In this document: positions 11,701 through 24,430 of the stretch, one piece after another | How positions within the stretch are numbered: the first letter of the stretch is position 1 | Layout of the letters: the number at the start of each line of letters is the position of its first letter | Assembly (NCBI GenBank): GCA_964016885.1 | Contig: OZ024740.1 | Location: forward strand, 301,382,001-301,446,000 | From: Eledone cirrhosa | Lineage: Eukaryota | Direction of reading: 5' to 3' | DNA length: 64,000 nucleotides | Program-made: the position numbers and the translations under genes | The notes under the pieces: model-generated | Seen by the model: the letters and a program-made list of their open reading frames with translations, nothing else | What the model was told of the DNA's origin: nothing | Database searches by the model: none

Positions 11701-12565
11701 CGTGTCTGTTGTTGTTGTATCTGGGTATGTTGCTATTGTTGTTGTTGTTGTTATTGTTGTTTGTGTCTGTGTGTCTGTTGTTGTTGGGATGTGTGTTGTA
11801 TATGTGTGTGCGTATATTGTTGCTTTTGTTTTTGATGCTCCAGCGTAGTTTTGTAAATGATTTTTCTATTTCTGACAGACAACTAATCATATTTACCTTC
11901 TTGAATATCGCAAATTTGGGTGGCAGACGTAACACAGACATTTCATTATTATCTATTTCCGTGTTTCCATAAATGTTGGTATTTTCGTTGTTGAACTCTT
12001 CAGATAATGAGGTGTCGGCCATGTTGATACCGTCAATTTTGTCGGGATATCTATTGGTATACTCTATAGTATCCCGATTTAGCTTTGCCTGTTTAAGCCA
12101 CTTTAATTTTCTGTTAAAGTGCTTATCACATTCTTGAGTAATGTACTGTTCTTCGGGGCGTATAAGGCTTATAAATGTTAGTTTTTCTGCTGGTGTGGTG
12201 ATTTTAGATATTTCTTGTATTAGGTTACGCTTTAGTTTTTCTTGATGACTTAATTCTCTATAGATCTTCTTTTTTATGTTTAGAATTAAAGTTCGTTTTA
12301 GCCTATCTGCTTCTTTTTTGGTGAGTTGTAATCTTCTAACGTCGGTATTGATGGTGTTGGTGTAGATTCTAGAAGTGGTGCACAGTTTTATGAAGCGTAG
12401 TTGTCGAGATGTTATGGTTTTTCGTAGACAACAGAACATGGTGGTTTTCAGTATCTTGTTAGCCTGGCTAAGGCTTACGATATTTCGTTTCTGAATTTGT
12501 TTAGCAAGATTCTTTATCTGAAATCGTGTGTTGAAACCGATATTGTTATACTTTGGGAGGGTCAT
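8756..12565 (-). CDS. PLE reverse transcriptase with C-terminal GIY-YIG endonuclease (1269 aa from first ATG; frame open to GTG at 12589)
   Basis: PTDKSG, LYGLRKDHK, RPVCGA, GSMDVVSLYPSI, QEEGAAIG, RYLDD, LPVLD, HYAKP; CxxxxCxxC linker; NVVYSIRC...YIGETAR...RINEH...H...EAVSI...LN; no stops or frameshifts. Confidence 0.95.
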   Translation of the reverse strand: MTLPKYNNIGFNTRFQIKNLAKQIQKRNIVSLSQANKILKTTMFCCLRKTITSRQLRFIKLCTTSRIYTNTINTDVRRLQLTKKEADRLKRTLILNIKKKIYRELSHQEKLKRNLIQEISKITTPAEKLTFISLIRPEEQYITQECDKHFNRKLKWLKQAKLNRDTIEYTNRYPDKIDGINMADTSLSEEFNNENTNIYGNTEIDNNEMSVLRLPPKFAIFKKVNMISCLSEIEKSFTKLRWSIKNKSNNIRTHIYNTHPNNNRHTDTNNNNNNNNNSNIPRYNNNRHADTNNNNNTHNNDNTHGDNNNNNTHINNNNNSNIPRYNNNRHADTNNNDNTYNNDNTHTHGDNNNTHQQQHTSTTTTHTHSMPLTTTTILTNTQTQKTSNDSGTEIREIRESNRIKRKRRWETKDKENNQDEHTDTQNRVDNNIEPVERDRSNYERHRNNHEAEAVGGNRNNTTNNNNSTSTHKAAAWNSPFYNPSDKSFDLRRVHATSLPFNKRTQLPSQVDEQTEAQFSIAKSELRNIIEQYSKKHNRIEAQQLGEESANGLRKLMQRSRNGEIACFPTDKSGRMSVDSLPNYIQAMQPHITNTREVTPQEHEDREKALNAHIVMWMNIMQPNKRTSNNFQAWNNDVPALYGLRKDHKTGWDPVAGPPTRPVCGANIASNYRLSYFLSLIIRPIIEMSPDVCDSTEDLLSRIGAGNRSGDLTNCIIGSMDVVSLYPSIDVDFAVEKCVEMISESKVEFRGIDTSELGLLLKLTHSNSYLDTYDLSNLCPTRPARGRRPTITSMAKKTHTDRWNGWTRAIRTPENHDELNKMIAHAVGASIKLTLKEHMFKFNGKTYAQEEGAAIGVSIAGDIANLFMVWWDSGLKQKLNEQLEDSLTLIMYSRYLDDINIVVKTPPLKNSQELEKNTMESIQQIANSIHQSIRVTIDYPSRHPNHRLPVLDTELWLDTINNQKQILHSHYAKPMTSKHLIHRNSAISDHTKINILIADLVRVMRNVSRMCNPEELERHIQHFIHRMQFSGYNQRDRIRVYKGARTKWEKMVNNDINGTCPFYGSKFWNRIERTRNKANRINSWYDSNKYQSVMFINTTPRGELAYKFRRALNKHNLNIKIVERPGTSVKTLISKTYPFQRPSCIDKKCITCKISPHINCKTRNVVYSIRCTEGQCRNQNIVYIGETARSIGERINEHWRDLQDNKESSVLYQHAKIEHRGRLESIEIKIESTHRKDAMFRQITEAVSIKELKPKLNRKYEWNSNITTYN
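11460..11830 (-). repeat. In-frame (CAA/ACA)-rich low-complexity tract with duplicated ~120-nt unit inside PLE ORF
   Basis: Encodes NNNNSNIPRYNNNRHADTNNN...GDNNN twice plus poly-N/T/H/Q. Confidence 0.9.
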
Positions 12566-12882
12566 GTTGCCAATAAGAAACACACGCACCAGATGCTTTC
12601 ACTTCAATTTATTATATATTTATAAATTTATAAATTTACAAATCTACAAATCTACAAACTTATAAATTTCTGGTTGGTTGGTTGGTTCCACGAAAGGACT
12701 ATGACTATATATATAAACAACTATCTGGTTGTGGAACCAACCAACCAACCAGAAATTTATAAGTTTGTAGATTTGTAGATTTGTAAATTTATAAATTTAT
12801 AAATTTATAAATATATAATAAATTGAAATGAAAGCAACTGGTGCGTGTGTTTCTTATTGGCAACATGACCCTCCCAAAGTAT

Positions 12883-12911
<29 letters not shown>

Positions 12912-12918
<7 letters not shown>

Positions 12919-13032
12919 TGTTGTACATATTCGTCACTAGTAAATTCCGGATTCAATTTATCCCAAATTATATGCGTGCACACGCACACACGCAAACACA
13001 CGAACTTACTCACACACACGTGCATATATATG

Positions 13033-13063
<31 letters not shown>

Positions 13064-13175
13064 ACGTGTGCGTGAGTAAGTTCGTGTGTTTGCGTGTGTG
13101 CGTGTGTGCACGCATATAATTTTTGATAAATTGAATCCGGAATTTACTAGTGACGAATATGTACAACACAGTTTA
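12912..13175. repeat. Inverted repeat (~112-bp arms) around a TA/TG microsatellite
   Basis: 12912-13024 is the near-perfect reverse complement of 13061-13175. Confidence 0.85.
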
Positions 13176-14035
13176 ACATATTTTCTAATACGTTAAAGAC
13201 GTAAGGCAAACATGTTGAACGAAATAAACGAGGAATCAGACAGCATAACGAAATCGAAAAAATATATATGCCAAAATAAAATATATTGAAACGGATATTG
13301 TCTTTGTAGCCAATACGAGTTAGAATTTGTATTTCAGATATGTCTGAAAAATCTATAATCAATAATATATAATGGAGGTATATTATTTTGCAGAACGTCA
13401 AAATGTAAGATTAAAAAATTATTAAAAATTATTGCATGAGACAGAGCAAAAAAATAATAAAATTGAAAAATCCAATTTTACAAATTAATCGTATATATAA
13501 TCGTATGTATTATTAGATGGTTCAGCTTGATAATATTTATGTAGAAGCCATTGGAAAATATAAAACATGCATTATTCTATTTAAATTATTAAATGTGCGA
13601 ATGTAATTAAAACAACAAGGAATGAAGTGGCATTTGCCGCTTACTCTTTTCACGGGAGTGCTCATAGATTAATGTACGTTGTCATGTATACTGGATTCAT
13701 TCAGAAACAAGTAACATTTAGTGACACTCTTAAAACTTAATGTGATAGATTTCAACTTAAATTAGGAAACACCAAAGTAAAATGTATATATGAAAATGTA
13801 TAGAAAAAAAATGTCCTATATCAAAATACAGCAACAGACACAATTTAAACTATGTGTTCTTAAAGTAGAAATATTTTCATTTTTTGTAGATCTCCCTTGG
13901 TGAAACTATACTTTGTAAATATATTTGTATGTATGCATGCATTAAATAGCCCTGGTAAATGCACGAAATGAAATATCGAGTTTTGTTTTGATATCGTGTT
14001 CCACTGCTGGATGTTGTCTTATGGTCACATTAGGC

Positions 14036-14223
14036 ATAATTGGTTCTACTTTTAGCATAATGCTAGCAATTAATCCAGTGCATTACTGTTGCTTTATTTT
14101 ATCGACCCCATAAGGATGAAAGGCGAAGTTAAGCTGGGCGGGATCTGAACTAAGAACATAAAGAGCCATAACTCTATACTGCAAAGCATGGTGCCTGACA
14201 CTCTACCGATACTGTCAATCAAC
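14036..14223 (-). mobile_element. Nin-domain SINE
   Basis: Reverse complement of ...cctttcatccttatggggtcgataaaataaag...gtagaaccaattat, matching the copy at 41767. Confidence 0.8.
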
Positions 14224-15049
14224 TAGGTATTATATTGGAGCAGAGGAAGGGAGTTCACTGTGAGTGCTATTATTACAAGCAACTCTCATTCGTGCACATG
14301 TAGAACACCATCCTAACAACAATGATGTTCAAGGACCCAGGAGAACAGGGCCTCCACTGCTATAGTGATAAACATTTGGCAAAGCGATCGATCTTCTAGT
14401 TGTTGAGCAACATAATATCTGTCCACTTTAGAAACCATATGGCTGTTGTTTACTGTAAGATAACGATATGTAACGGAATGAGATTACATATATTTACAAA
14501 TACATACGACAATAACATTTGACAGATAATGAAGATAGAATTTTACAACCATGCAAATGAAACGTATTTTGCCAACAATAAATCAAATAATAATTTAAAC
14601 GTATGTGACATACTTAATTATTTACATAAAAAGTTGTGAACAATAATAAATTGTTTGTAAGTTTTTCAATAAATCAATTGCGGGTTCTGAGAAAAAGAGA
14701 TTGAGAAGACATGGCTATAAATTGAAAGCGCGGGTTTTAAGTAACACACTTTGCCGAGGGCTCTGTTTCAGCCATTTACATAAAAGCTCATCCATCTGTT
14801 TGGTAAGTATGTAATAAAGCCACAAAACATTCGTTCTTCGTGTAATATCTAAAATGAATGTAGCACGTACATATACGGTTGAGTTAAATATACATATATC
14901 TGAGATTAGATATTGCTGTTTCATTCATTTCACTTTGAACAATAATCTAAGTCCATATAATTTCTAACGTCATATTTCAATCTTAAATGTGTAACACATT
15001 TATTGGCCCGAATTAAGATAAATTTGAGTGATTATACCAGCCAAGCTGC

Positions 15050-15900
15050 CACAATGATTAGCTGAAGTGGGAAGTGGAGGGTAGAGTGTCAAGTGGAGTG
15101 GAAATGAAGGGCGACCGAGGGAGAGATGATCGAGCAAGATGTCCAAAATGTGTTCGCTAAACCTCTCGGCTTTTCTACATGCGTATACATTAGCGTGTTA
15201 ACAGTGGGTTAGTGTGCGGGGGAATTTATGTGATTATTAGTGTGTGCAGAGAGTATAATTATGCATGTGTGCGAATTCACCTGGCTGACTGTCTCAAATG
15301 AGAAGAGAGATATATGTATCTAGAACTGTGGGTGAAAGATATAAGTGAATGTTGTATATTGTCTGTTGTCTGTGATATTTCATGTATTGGGCAGATAAGT
15401 GGAGAGGGTGGTGAAGTAGCGTACTCTAAGACGGAAGATGGCTGTATGTGAATGGGATGGTGTATGTCATTGAGAGTGGGATCAAGGTGTGGTGACATTG
15501 GACTATAGTTTCAAAGGGAACACAGTGATGTGCTATTGTGTCTAGCTGCGGTGGTCGTGGTTGTAGTTTGCCTTTGTGTATCAGCTCGTGAATATATTTG
15601 CTCTCTCCAACCTTTCAACCACCTTTTTTTCTATCCACCTCTCTTCCAACTTTCCTCTTTCCTGATGAAGCACATATGTCCGATACGTTGTAACATTTAT
15701 TTATTTATTTATTCATTTTACTTTATCATGTTATTCAGGTGTGAATCTAATAAAACGTTGTGTTTGCCTCTCTTCCTTTGTCTTGATTATATCTACACAC
15801 TTAACCCCCAAATTCCTTTGTAGTTCCCCAGTTTGGGGCTGTACCATCATAAGGTCGTACCCGAATCCCAGCAATTTCAGTTTATAACATATCGCGAAAT
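15050..15900. mobile_element. Decayed Neptune-like PLE pieces in head-to-head arrangement
   Basis: Minus-strand GIY-YIG remnant (RFSEHILDI near 15135-15163) and plus-strand pLTR with ctgatga at 15662 and a decayed GAAA box. Confidence 0.45.
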
Positions 15901-16533
15901 AAAATATTTAAGCATACGATCATATTTTATACCACCTTCTTTTCTATGAAACCCATTCCGACTGCTATTGTGTGTTTGTGTATCAGGGCGCGCAGAAATT
16001 CGTATACATATTTGTACATCTATCTACGTTGTTCGATTCAGGCACCCGTGCTCACTCACACATCACTCACAGCAACCAGCCTCACCATGGTCGATTCCCA
16101 TCACTCACCAGTTTTCATAGGCAATCAAACAAACCTACACATGCACAAAGTCACAAAGACGCAGACACAAACACGCAATGCACACACACAACAAACAGAC
16201 ACACTCGCAGACAGGCACACGTCCATTCGAAATTTACAAAGATTAACTCCCTTTCGTAACATCACTAATATCTAAGTTACTCACTGACCAGCATTTCTTC
16301 AAAATGATACATTGAACATATATGTGACATTTTCAATTATTTCTCCGTTCCTTTCTGTTATAAATCACTTTATTTATATTTCATCTTTTATTCATCTTTT
16401 ATTTATTTTTCTATATACACATGAATGACTAATCTCCGAATCTTAAATACACTTTTCCTACCCTATCAAGTATTAAACTAAGATATTCCTTTTTGCACTG
16501 TGTCGTTTGCTTTGTAGAACCCCTGAACGATTT

Positions 16534-17339
16534 TCATATATATATATGAAGGTGTATTCCTGTATATTTGTTTGTTTGTTTGTTAACGAACTACTCCTAT
16601 GGTATAACCATATATATTCTGAAACTACATTGCTCAGGGTACTTGGATACGTATATTTCATTTTAATCAAAGGGTTCGCCGGGGGCACAAACCCCCGCTG
16701 AAAATATTTTCCCTTCTATTTATATGAAATTTAAACCATAGGTAAATGATGCTTATTCAAAAAATTTCAGAAAATTTCATTAATATTAAGACACCCTTAT
16801 GGGGGTAAATACCCTTAGGGAAAATTTTGCCTAATAACTGGAACACGATTTCACGAACTCCTTTTATGGTTTTGGAGATAGTCACCCGTAACCATATATA
16901 TTCTGAAACTACATTACCCTGGGTACTTGGATAAGTATATTTCATTTTAATGATAGGGTTCCCCGGGGAACAATACACCCACTGAAAACCCCCGCTGAAA
17001 ATGTTTTCCCCCACGATTTATATGAAATGTAAACCATAGGTAAATAACAAGATATGATGCCTATTCACAAAAGTTTTGGATTTATATTTTTAAAGAAATT
17101 ATTTACAAGAAACAAAATAAGATTAAGATTTAATAATGTAATTTTGATTTGATATATTACAAAAAATATTGTTTTCCAATTTTTCATGCATTACAATTTG
17201 TCGTGCATTACATTTTACATTGAGTAATATTGAAATACAGAGTTTTTTTCTCCATAAATTATAGCACTGATGTAAAATCAATCATCATTTTCTTACGAAA
17301 AAAATGTGAGACGTAGCAAGGCGCAGGTAATTCGGCTAG
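16534..17339 (+). mobile_element. Non-autonomous Helitron-like element
   Basis: 5' TC-atatatat...(tttg)n start; internal ~160-180-bp duplication (16606-16768, 16890-17075); 3' degenerate GC hairpin followed by CTAG|T at 17336-17340. Confidence 0.6.
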
Positions 17340-17630
17340 TATATATATATGTTTATATATATTTATATTTTTTTTTTTTTCGTCGTTCTCTTCGTTATCG
17401 ACCGTTGTGTTTTTTCCAGGATAGCTATCTATTTTGGCTATCTATTTTAGCTATTCACGCACTCTGGTGCGATGTACTGCTTTTAATGAGTTCAAAATAT
17501 CAGTGAAATATCTCTCTTTGTGATTCTCTCACTTTATATATATATATATAGAGAGAGAGAGGGAGAGAGAGCGGGGAGAAAGAGGGAATGGGTAAGAGAT
17601 ACACACACACATACACCACACATATATGTA

Positions 17631-17673
<43 letters not shown>

Positions 17674-17963
17674 TGCTATTGAGTAATGTTATACTAAAAT
17701 ACTTAGCACCTGTTCGGCACTCTATGCTTTCACAATTATGTGTTAAAAGTATGCATTAACAATGTCATTTATATTGGCTTAATATACAGAGTCTTTGGTA
17801 AGAATGAGATAAAAGTTTCCGTTTAACATAGAGGTTATCACGTGTTTCACTAATGACATGCACGGAGTCTAACTGGATTAAGATCTGCTTCGGCCCTGTC
17901 ATTGATTTGCACTTCACCCCCAATGGACATCAATAGTGGAGTATTTTCATCGCTGAGATATTA

Positions 17964-18004
<41 letters not shown>

Positions 18005-19002
18005 TTTCTTCCGATCTCATTTCATATGTATTACATATTTTAGAAATATAGGCTATTCAGTTATATAATGGTAAAACATTACATGTGGCAATTACAAAAT
18101 TATTTATAAATTGTATGATGATATTTAGAAATACAATGTATTTACCACATGTTTCCTTTACTTTGAAGTTATATGGCAACCCCTCTTTTATTTCTGTTAA
18201 ACTTTGGAATTTCGTTTTTCATTGTTTTTCTGCTTTTCATTTCGGCAGGCCACAAATGCTACTGTTGATTTGATTGGAAGCAAACGTATGGAAGGTGGCA
18301 TGGTCTATAATTGGAGAGCTCCTGAATTTAGTTTTCGGGTAGTGCTGTTTGTGACTGTAAAGATATCCTTAGAAATATGTTTCCTCCAAATAAACCATTT
18401 AAACAATCAATTTGTATAGAGAAATGTTTTCAGTCTCATTCGTTATTTAGACATACTCACAAAAACAATGGAATTGTTTTCTTTTGTTTTGTTTTTTTTC
18501 AGTCGCTGGTTTAGAATGGAGAGCTAGAATATATTCTATTCATTTAAACACTAAAATTCGTCATACATGCCTTCGATTCAAATTACGTAATCACAGATAT
18601 TTTTAAAAATAAAAAAATATTTTTGCTGTCAATGTAAACAAACAAGACGTGACCGCTAGAACCACGAGGTCACTCATAATTGACAAAACTACCTGTCGCC
18701 AGCTTGTCTTCGCCCAAAGCCAGTCACAATTGTTGCCTGCTGACAGGAAGAGACAAGGAAGAAGAAAAAAATATTAAATACAAAAGTTGAAATGACTAAT
18801 CAATATCTTAATGAGTAAATTTAAATTCCCCGTCGTTCTTAGAAAAATCGCCCGTAAAAGATTTTTATGACGTGGTATCGTGATATGAATCAACTTTTAT
18901 ATCACGATTTGCATAATATACACACACACACACGCACACTCACACATATGTATGCACGCATAGACACACACACTCACACACACAAACATACACACACACA
19001 CG

Positions 19003-19055
<53 letters not shown>

Positions 19056-19186
19056 ATGTAATCTGAGTTTTGGGAATATTAATAATAATATTCGATTCGT
19101 TTCCAATTATGCAAACAAGCCTCTTTTTAAACGCATGTTAGTAGAATGAGCCCCTCATTCTTGCTCTTGTGTTGGCATGTAAACAG

Positions 19187-19235
19187 AACTGGAGACACTA
19201 ATGTTTCTGGATGGAACCATTCATCAGTACTGTTC
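19187..19235 (-). ncRNA. Decayed hammerhead ribozyme in an isolated pLTR-like fragment
   Basis: Minus strand reads AACAGTA-CTGATGA-ATGGTTCCATCCA-GAAA-CATTAGTG-TC-TCCAGTT; core intact, stem I has two mismatches. Confidence 0.5.
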
Positions 19236-19352
19236 ACTCTTCACCTGCCAACTGTCATAATTAGTGAAAATATATGATATTTTCGAAAGTATACAGTGAC
19301 TGATTGGCCTGATTTGCATATGAGCAGACTGAAATACATAAACGAAGTAGGT

Positions 19353-19446
<94 letters not shown>

Positions 19447-19447
<1 letters not shown>

Positions 19448-19568
19448 GAAACGGCTTGATCTCAGCCGTCGGATCCTACTCGTTCCTATTACCCACTCTA
19501 CTACGCTAAGTATTGAGTACTTTGGTGCGTTATTGTCCATCTGGTTCCTTACCACATTTCCTTCGTTA
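19447..19568 (+). mobile_element. Family C pLTR fragment
   Basis: Matches 2984-3105; begins exactly at the GAAA box; embedded in (TA)n. Confidence 0.75.
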
Positions 19569-19660
19569 TATATATATATATATATATATACATATGGGTG
19601 TGTGTGTATATGTATACATACTTCGTTTTTGTATATATTTTGCAATATTTCGTATCTGAC

Positions 19661-19970
19661 TGAAAACGTGTGTTGATACAGATATTGTTAATGTTTAGGA
19701 GGTCATGCTGCAAATACAAATACACGTAACCCTTGCTTTTCACTTCAATTTATTACAATTTTCCCGTTTTTGGTTTAATAACTAGGACAGACAGAAAGTA
19801 AGAAATTAGTTCTTCGAATGGCCACAGAATGTGTGAAGAAAGAGATTTGACAACAAATAAACAACCATTAGGTTATTAAACAAACCAACTGGAAAGTTGT
19901 TATAGATTGAATTGAAAGGCAACTGGTGCGTGTGATTGTATTGGCAGCATGACCTTCCCAACGCAGTGTA
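19661..19970. mobile_element. Diverged pLTR fragments related to the intact PLE, head-to-head
   Basis: 19661-19755 resembles 8224-8318; 19910-19962 resembles the inverted arm near 12820-12878. Confidence 0.65.
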
Positions 19971-20479
19971 TTGCCGTTTGCTCGAAGCATATTTGAATAG
20001 GAAATAGGAATTTAAATAATTGTAAAACCATACAATGCATTAAGATATTAAATATGCCAAGATAATGATAGAATCTAACCATAGAAAATTTAATTGTCCC
20101 AAATATTTGCTAAGGTAAGATTATGTCGTTATGTTGGCACCTTTATTTTGCTAATGCAATGTGTCCTTGGATATATGACTACAGCGTAATTAGGAGGTGT
20201 GACCACTAGTTGTTTTAGTAGGTAACCACCGCGTAGAATTTTTTCGGAGAAAATACTGCCTAGGTTAAAGAGTCATTTATATGTGTGTGTTTATAGCAGA
20301 ATGAAATCAAACGTCAGAGATAGGCAGTTGATTAGGTAACTGTTTAACGATTTTTTCGGAGGGTTCATTGAACTTTGCAGATCGTTATATCGACCGGGGT
20401 GGTAGTAGCTACGTTTGTATCTAATTTTAGTCTTGAAATTCTTGTTCGATAGGCCGTCCTCTTCAGAAACACTAATATG

Positions 20480-20540
<61 letters not shown>

Positions 20541-20545
<5 letters not shown>

Positions 20546-20988
20546 TATGTATACGTACATACTTATATGTATACAGACGTACAGTAGTATATATACATAT
20601 ACATACATACACACATATATATATCTACGTATGGGTTTACCGAACATTTATTATAATGGTAGGTTTGTTTGTAAACAAACAGCCCGAATTAATAGCCGTA
20701 CAGTGTTCGGCAACAGTCGTTGCCATTTTGTTCAACACTGACAAAGAAACGATGAACAACTTTCTAGCTCATTAGCTGTCATCAGCATCGTATACCTTCC
20801 TGTCAGTTGATTGAACGTTTGAAAGTATATACTTTCCTTATGCATATTAACGGCTGAGCAGCCTAATTTGCATATCTAGTGGGTTAGTCGGCCGGGCGTA
20901 CCAAAAACGATAAATGCAAAACATGAAATTTCATTTCTCACTCTTAGTACGGCAGAGTGAGAAATGAAATTTCATTTTTTCCATTTAT
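20541..20988 (-). mobile_element. Family D unit (single ~415-bp copy with short inverted arm)
   Basis: Colinear with 3334-3760; inversion 20954-20988; TA flanks. Confidence 0.85.
20750..20790 (-). ncRNA. Hammerhead ribozyme (family D)
   Basis: Minus strand reads CGATG-CTGATGA-CAGCTAATGAGCTA-GAAA-GTTG-TT-CATCG; N7 differs from the 3550 copy, stems I and II are retained. Confidence 0.7.
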
Positions 20989-20997
20989 ATATATATA

Positions 20998-21119
20998 TAA
21001 AATAATTAAGTCAAATATGTAAAATTTGGCTTCGTTTATTATAATTAATAGATATACTGCTATATATATAAGTTATAATAAACAAACCCAAATTTTACAT
21101 ATTTGACTTAATTATTTTA
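20998..21119. repeat. Inverted repeat (~50-bp arms)
   Basis: taaaataattaagtcaaatatgtaaaatttgg... versus ...ccaaattttacatatttgacttaattatttta. Confidence 0.75.
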
Positions 21120-21228
21120 CATTACTCCGGAGTAAACAAACCAAGTTGCGTACTTCGTCGAGTGATCCAATCTGCATACTGACGTATCGGTAAACAACCT
21201 ATATATACTCAGTATATATATATATATA

Positions 21229-22378
<1,150 letters not shown>

Positions 22379-22688
22379 CGATACATTTAACATGTATGTG
22401 TGACCATTGGATTTGGGTTCCAGTTATGACAATCACAATATATTGGAGGAAGCTGTTCATAATATCGTACATTTCAATTATATATGAAGCGGCAAAAGTA
22501 TATCACTGGTAATGATCTCATTGAAATGTTGTACTGTGTTGAATGTTCCTGGTATTATAGCTGGTTGAGATATATTTCCTAAGTAACCATGCCTTTAGAG
22601 GCTGAATCAATTATTTCATAATATTCGTGCATAATAATTATCATCTTTCTTTGTTCTTATTTTTGTTTATCCTAAAATTGATATTACG

Positions 22689-22850
22689 CTGTGAATTGGC
22701 AGAGTAGCTTGAACGTCGGATATAATGTTTTGCGGTATTCCTTTTGGATCTCTGAACATTTCTGGTCTCAAATCCCGCCGAGGTCGACTTTGCCGTTCAT
22801 TTTTTCGAGGTCTATAAAAAAGTGCCAGTATAGAACTAGAATCGATTCTT
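22689..22850 (+). mobile_element. Nin-domain SINE (diverged subfamily)
   Basis: gtgaattggcaga...caaatcccgccgaggtcgactttgccgttcat...tataaaaaagtgccagt. Confidence 0.7.
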
Positions 22851-24340
22851 CTATATCTCCTTCCCCTTTCCATTTTCTCTCTCTCTCATTCCATTCTTTC
22901 CCGAAGAAACCTGGGAGAAGATGGGTACCATCAGGTTTTAAATAGACCTTAAAACACCGTATGTTAATACGGCACCCGTACTACTCCCTCGGGAGTTACG
23001 GGTCCACGCATGTAAAGTTGATATTGATCGAATATATATATATCATCAAATGTGATCTAGATGTGACAATCCTACTTACATTCTGATATAGGGTATGTAT
23101 GATAGAATTCCGCTAGCTATATATGTGTTGTTACCTAAGGTGGTATTAAATAATGTTTTGCAAATCTATCGGAATTATTTAGCAATGTTATCGGAACACA
23201 TAATTATTTGATGTTAACAGACGTCATGTACCTTCTATATGAATGTTTACTTACTTCTAGCATAATAATTATTCTTTTAGATTTTAGTCTAGAAGAGAGT
23301 TAGACAATAACCTTTACAATTGGGGGACATGTTTTGAACAAAACCAACGAAAGCCTTCCTATATAAGTTTCATCTGAAAATACCAAATTCCACACCACGA
23401 AGAAATAAAAAAAACAATAGATTTGTTCTTATCGAGAATCCCTTTTTGTATATCATGCATTGAATGCATTGGGCTATTCAACAATTCGGTATATATGCTT
23501 TTTGAATGTGAATGACATGACAAATTATATGACTGAATAAAGAATGAAATCGGATTAAAACGAAGACAACAATTAGAAAAGTATCAAATTAAACAGCCAA
23601 AATATTCTTAAATAATATTTGAGAATGGATGTGTGGGATGAAAGCGAATTAACTGTAGAAAAGTTGGGAACAAAATCGAATTTTTCTGATGTCAATATAG
23701 TGGTTAAATTAAGTAGATTTATAAATAGGTCAGGAAAATTGATTTGTGAATCAATTGAATTATAGAAAAGCAGGTCTAAAGAATTAAACTAATATAAATA
23801 GAATAACAATGGTGTGTAAGACTTACTTTCTCTTAAATTTCTTTGCTTTCATTGATACACACACATAAACATATGCTTAAATATTCAAAGGCACATTCAT
23901 CCTCAAATGTATGGCTATATATGCAAACCCAAACGTAAGCATACACACACAAATATGATCAATCAAACGAAGACACACACCTATTATATTCATACAGGGA
24001 AACTCTCAACTATGTCCCCACGCAATATGTAAAGACACATTTTTATCTACACAGCCTCAGTAGTTTTCGTTTGATCTTCATTCTGTCATTCATTTATGGA
24101 AACTTTTCGTAAAAGTGCAAACATCTATATTTGAATGTCAGTCTAAGTATGTAAATCATTTTTAAAAGTGATCTCATTAATACATGTATCCATTTTTGTC
24201 AAGACCTGATTGATGTGATTTATCTTGTATAAAATTTCCTTTAATGAATATTTATCTATTCCGTTGATGTTCTCTTTTAAAATATACGAAGGGAAATAGA
24301 AAGGCAGTTTGCAGTTTTGTAAACGGAATAAATGATATTC

Positions 24341-24430
24341 TAATAATGGTTTCTTATTTAGGCACAAGGTCAGCAATTTGGGGGTAGGGAAAAGTCGATG
24401 AAATTGACGCCAGTGCGTTACTGGTACTTT
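24341..24430 (-). mobile_element. SINE 3' fragment
   Basis: ggcacaaggtcagcaatt...actggtacttt, the reverse complement of the SINE tail. Confidence 0.6.

Larger units (their letters stand above)
8191..12890 (-). mobile_element. Intact Penelope-like retroelement (C-terminal EN+, probably Nematis-like) with direct and inverted pseudo-LTRs
   Basis: Single long ORF; direct repeats 8191-8395 and 12486-12690 (one mismatch seen); 12691-12890 is an inverted copy of 8245-8436; (TA)n on both flanks; no evident TSD. Confidence 0.93.

Noticed and set aside
9966-11972. Plus-strand ORFs overlapping the PLE
   Set aside because: Antisense shadows of the RT ORF and of its low-complexity tract.
8756-12589. Naiad-type selenoprotein or permuted-domain PLE
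   Set aside because: The endonuclease is C-terminal and the ORF has no in-frame UGA.
18620-18760. Possible enhancer (gtaaacaaaca, tgacag motifs)
   Set aside because: Short motifs are expected by chance, and no conservation data are available.
20425-20476. Hammerhead on minus strand (CTGAAGA...GAAC)
   Set aside because: The GAAA box is mutated and stem II is only about 2 bp; at best a decayed remnant.
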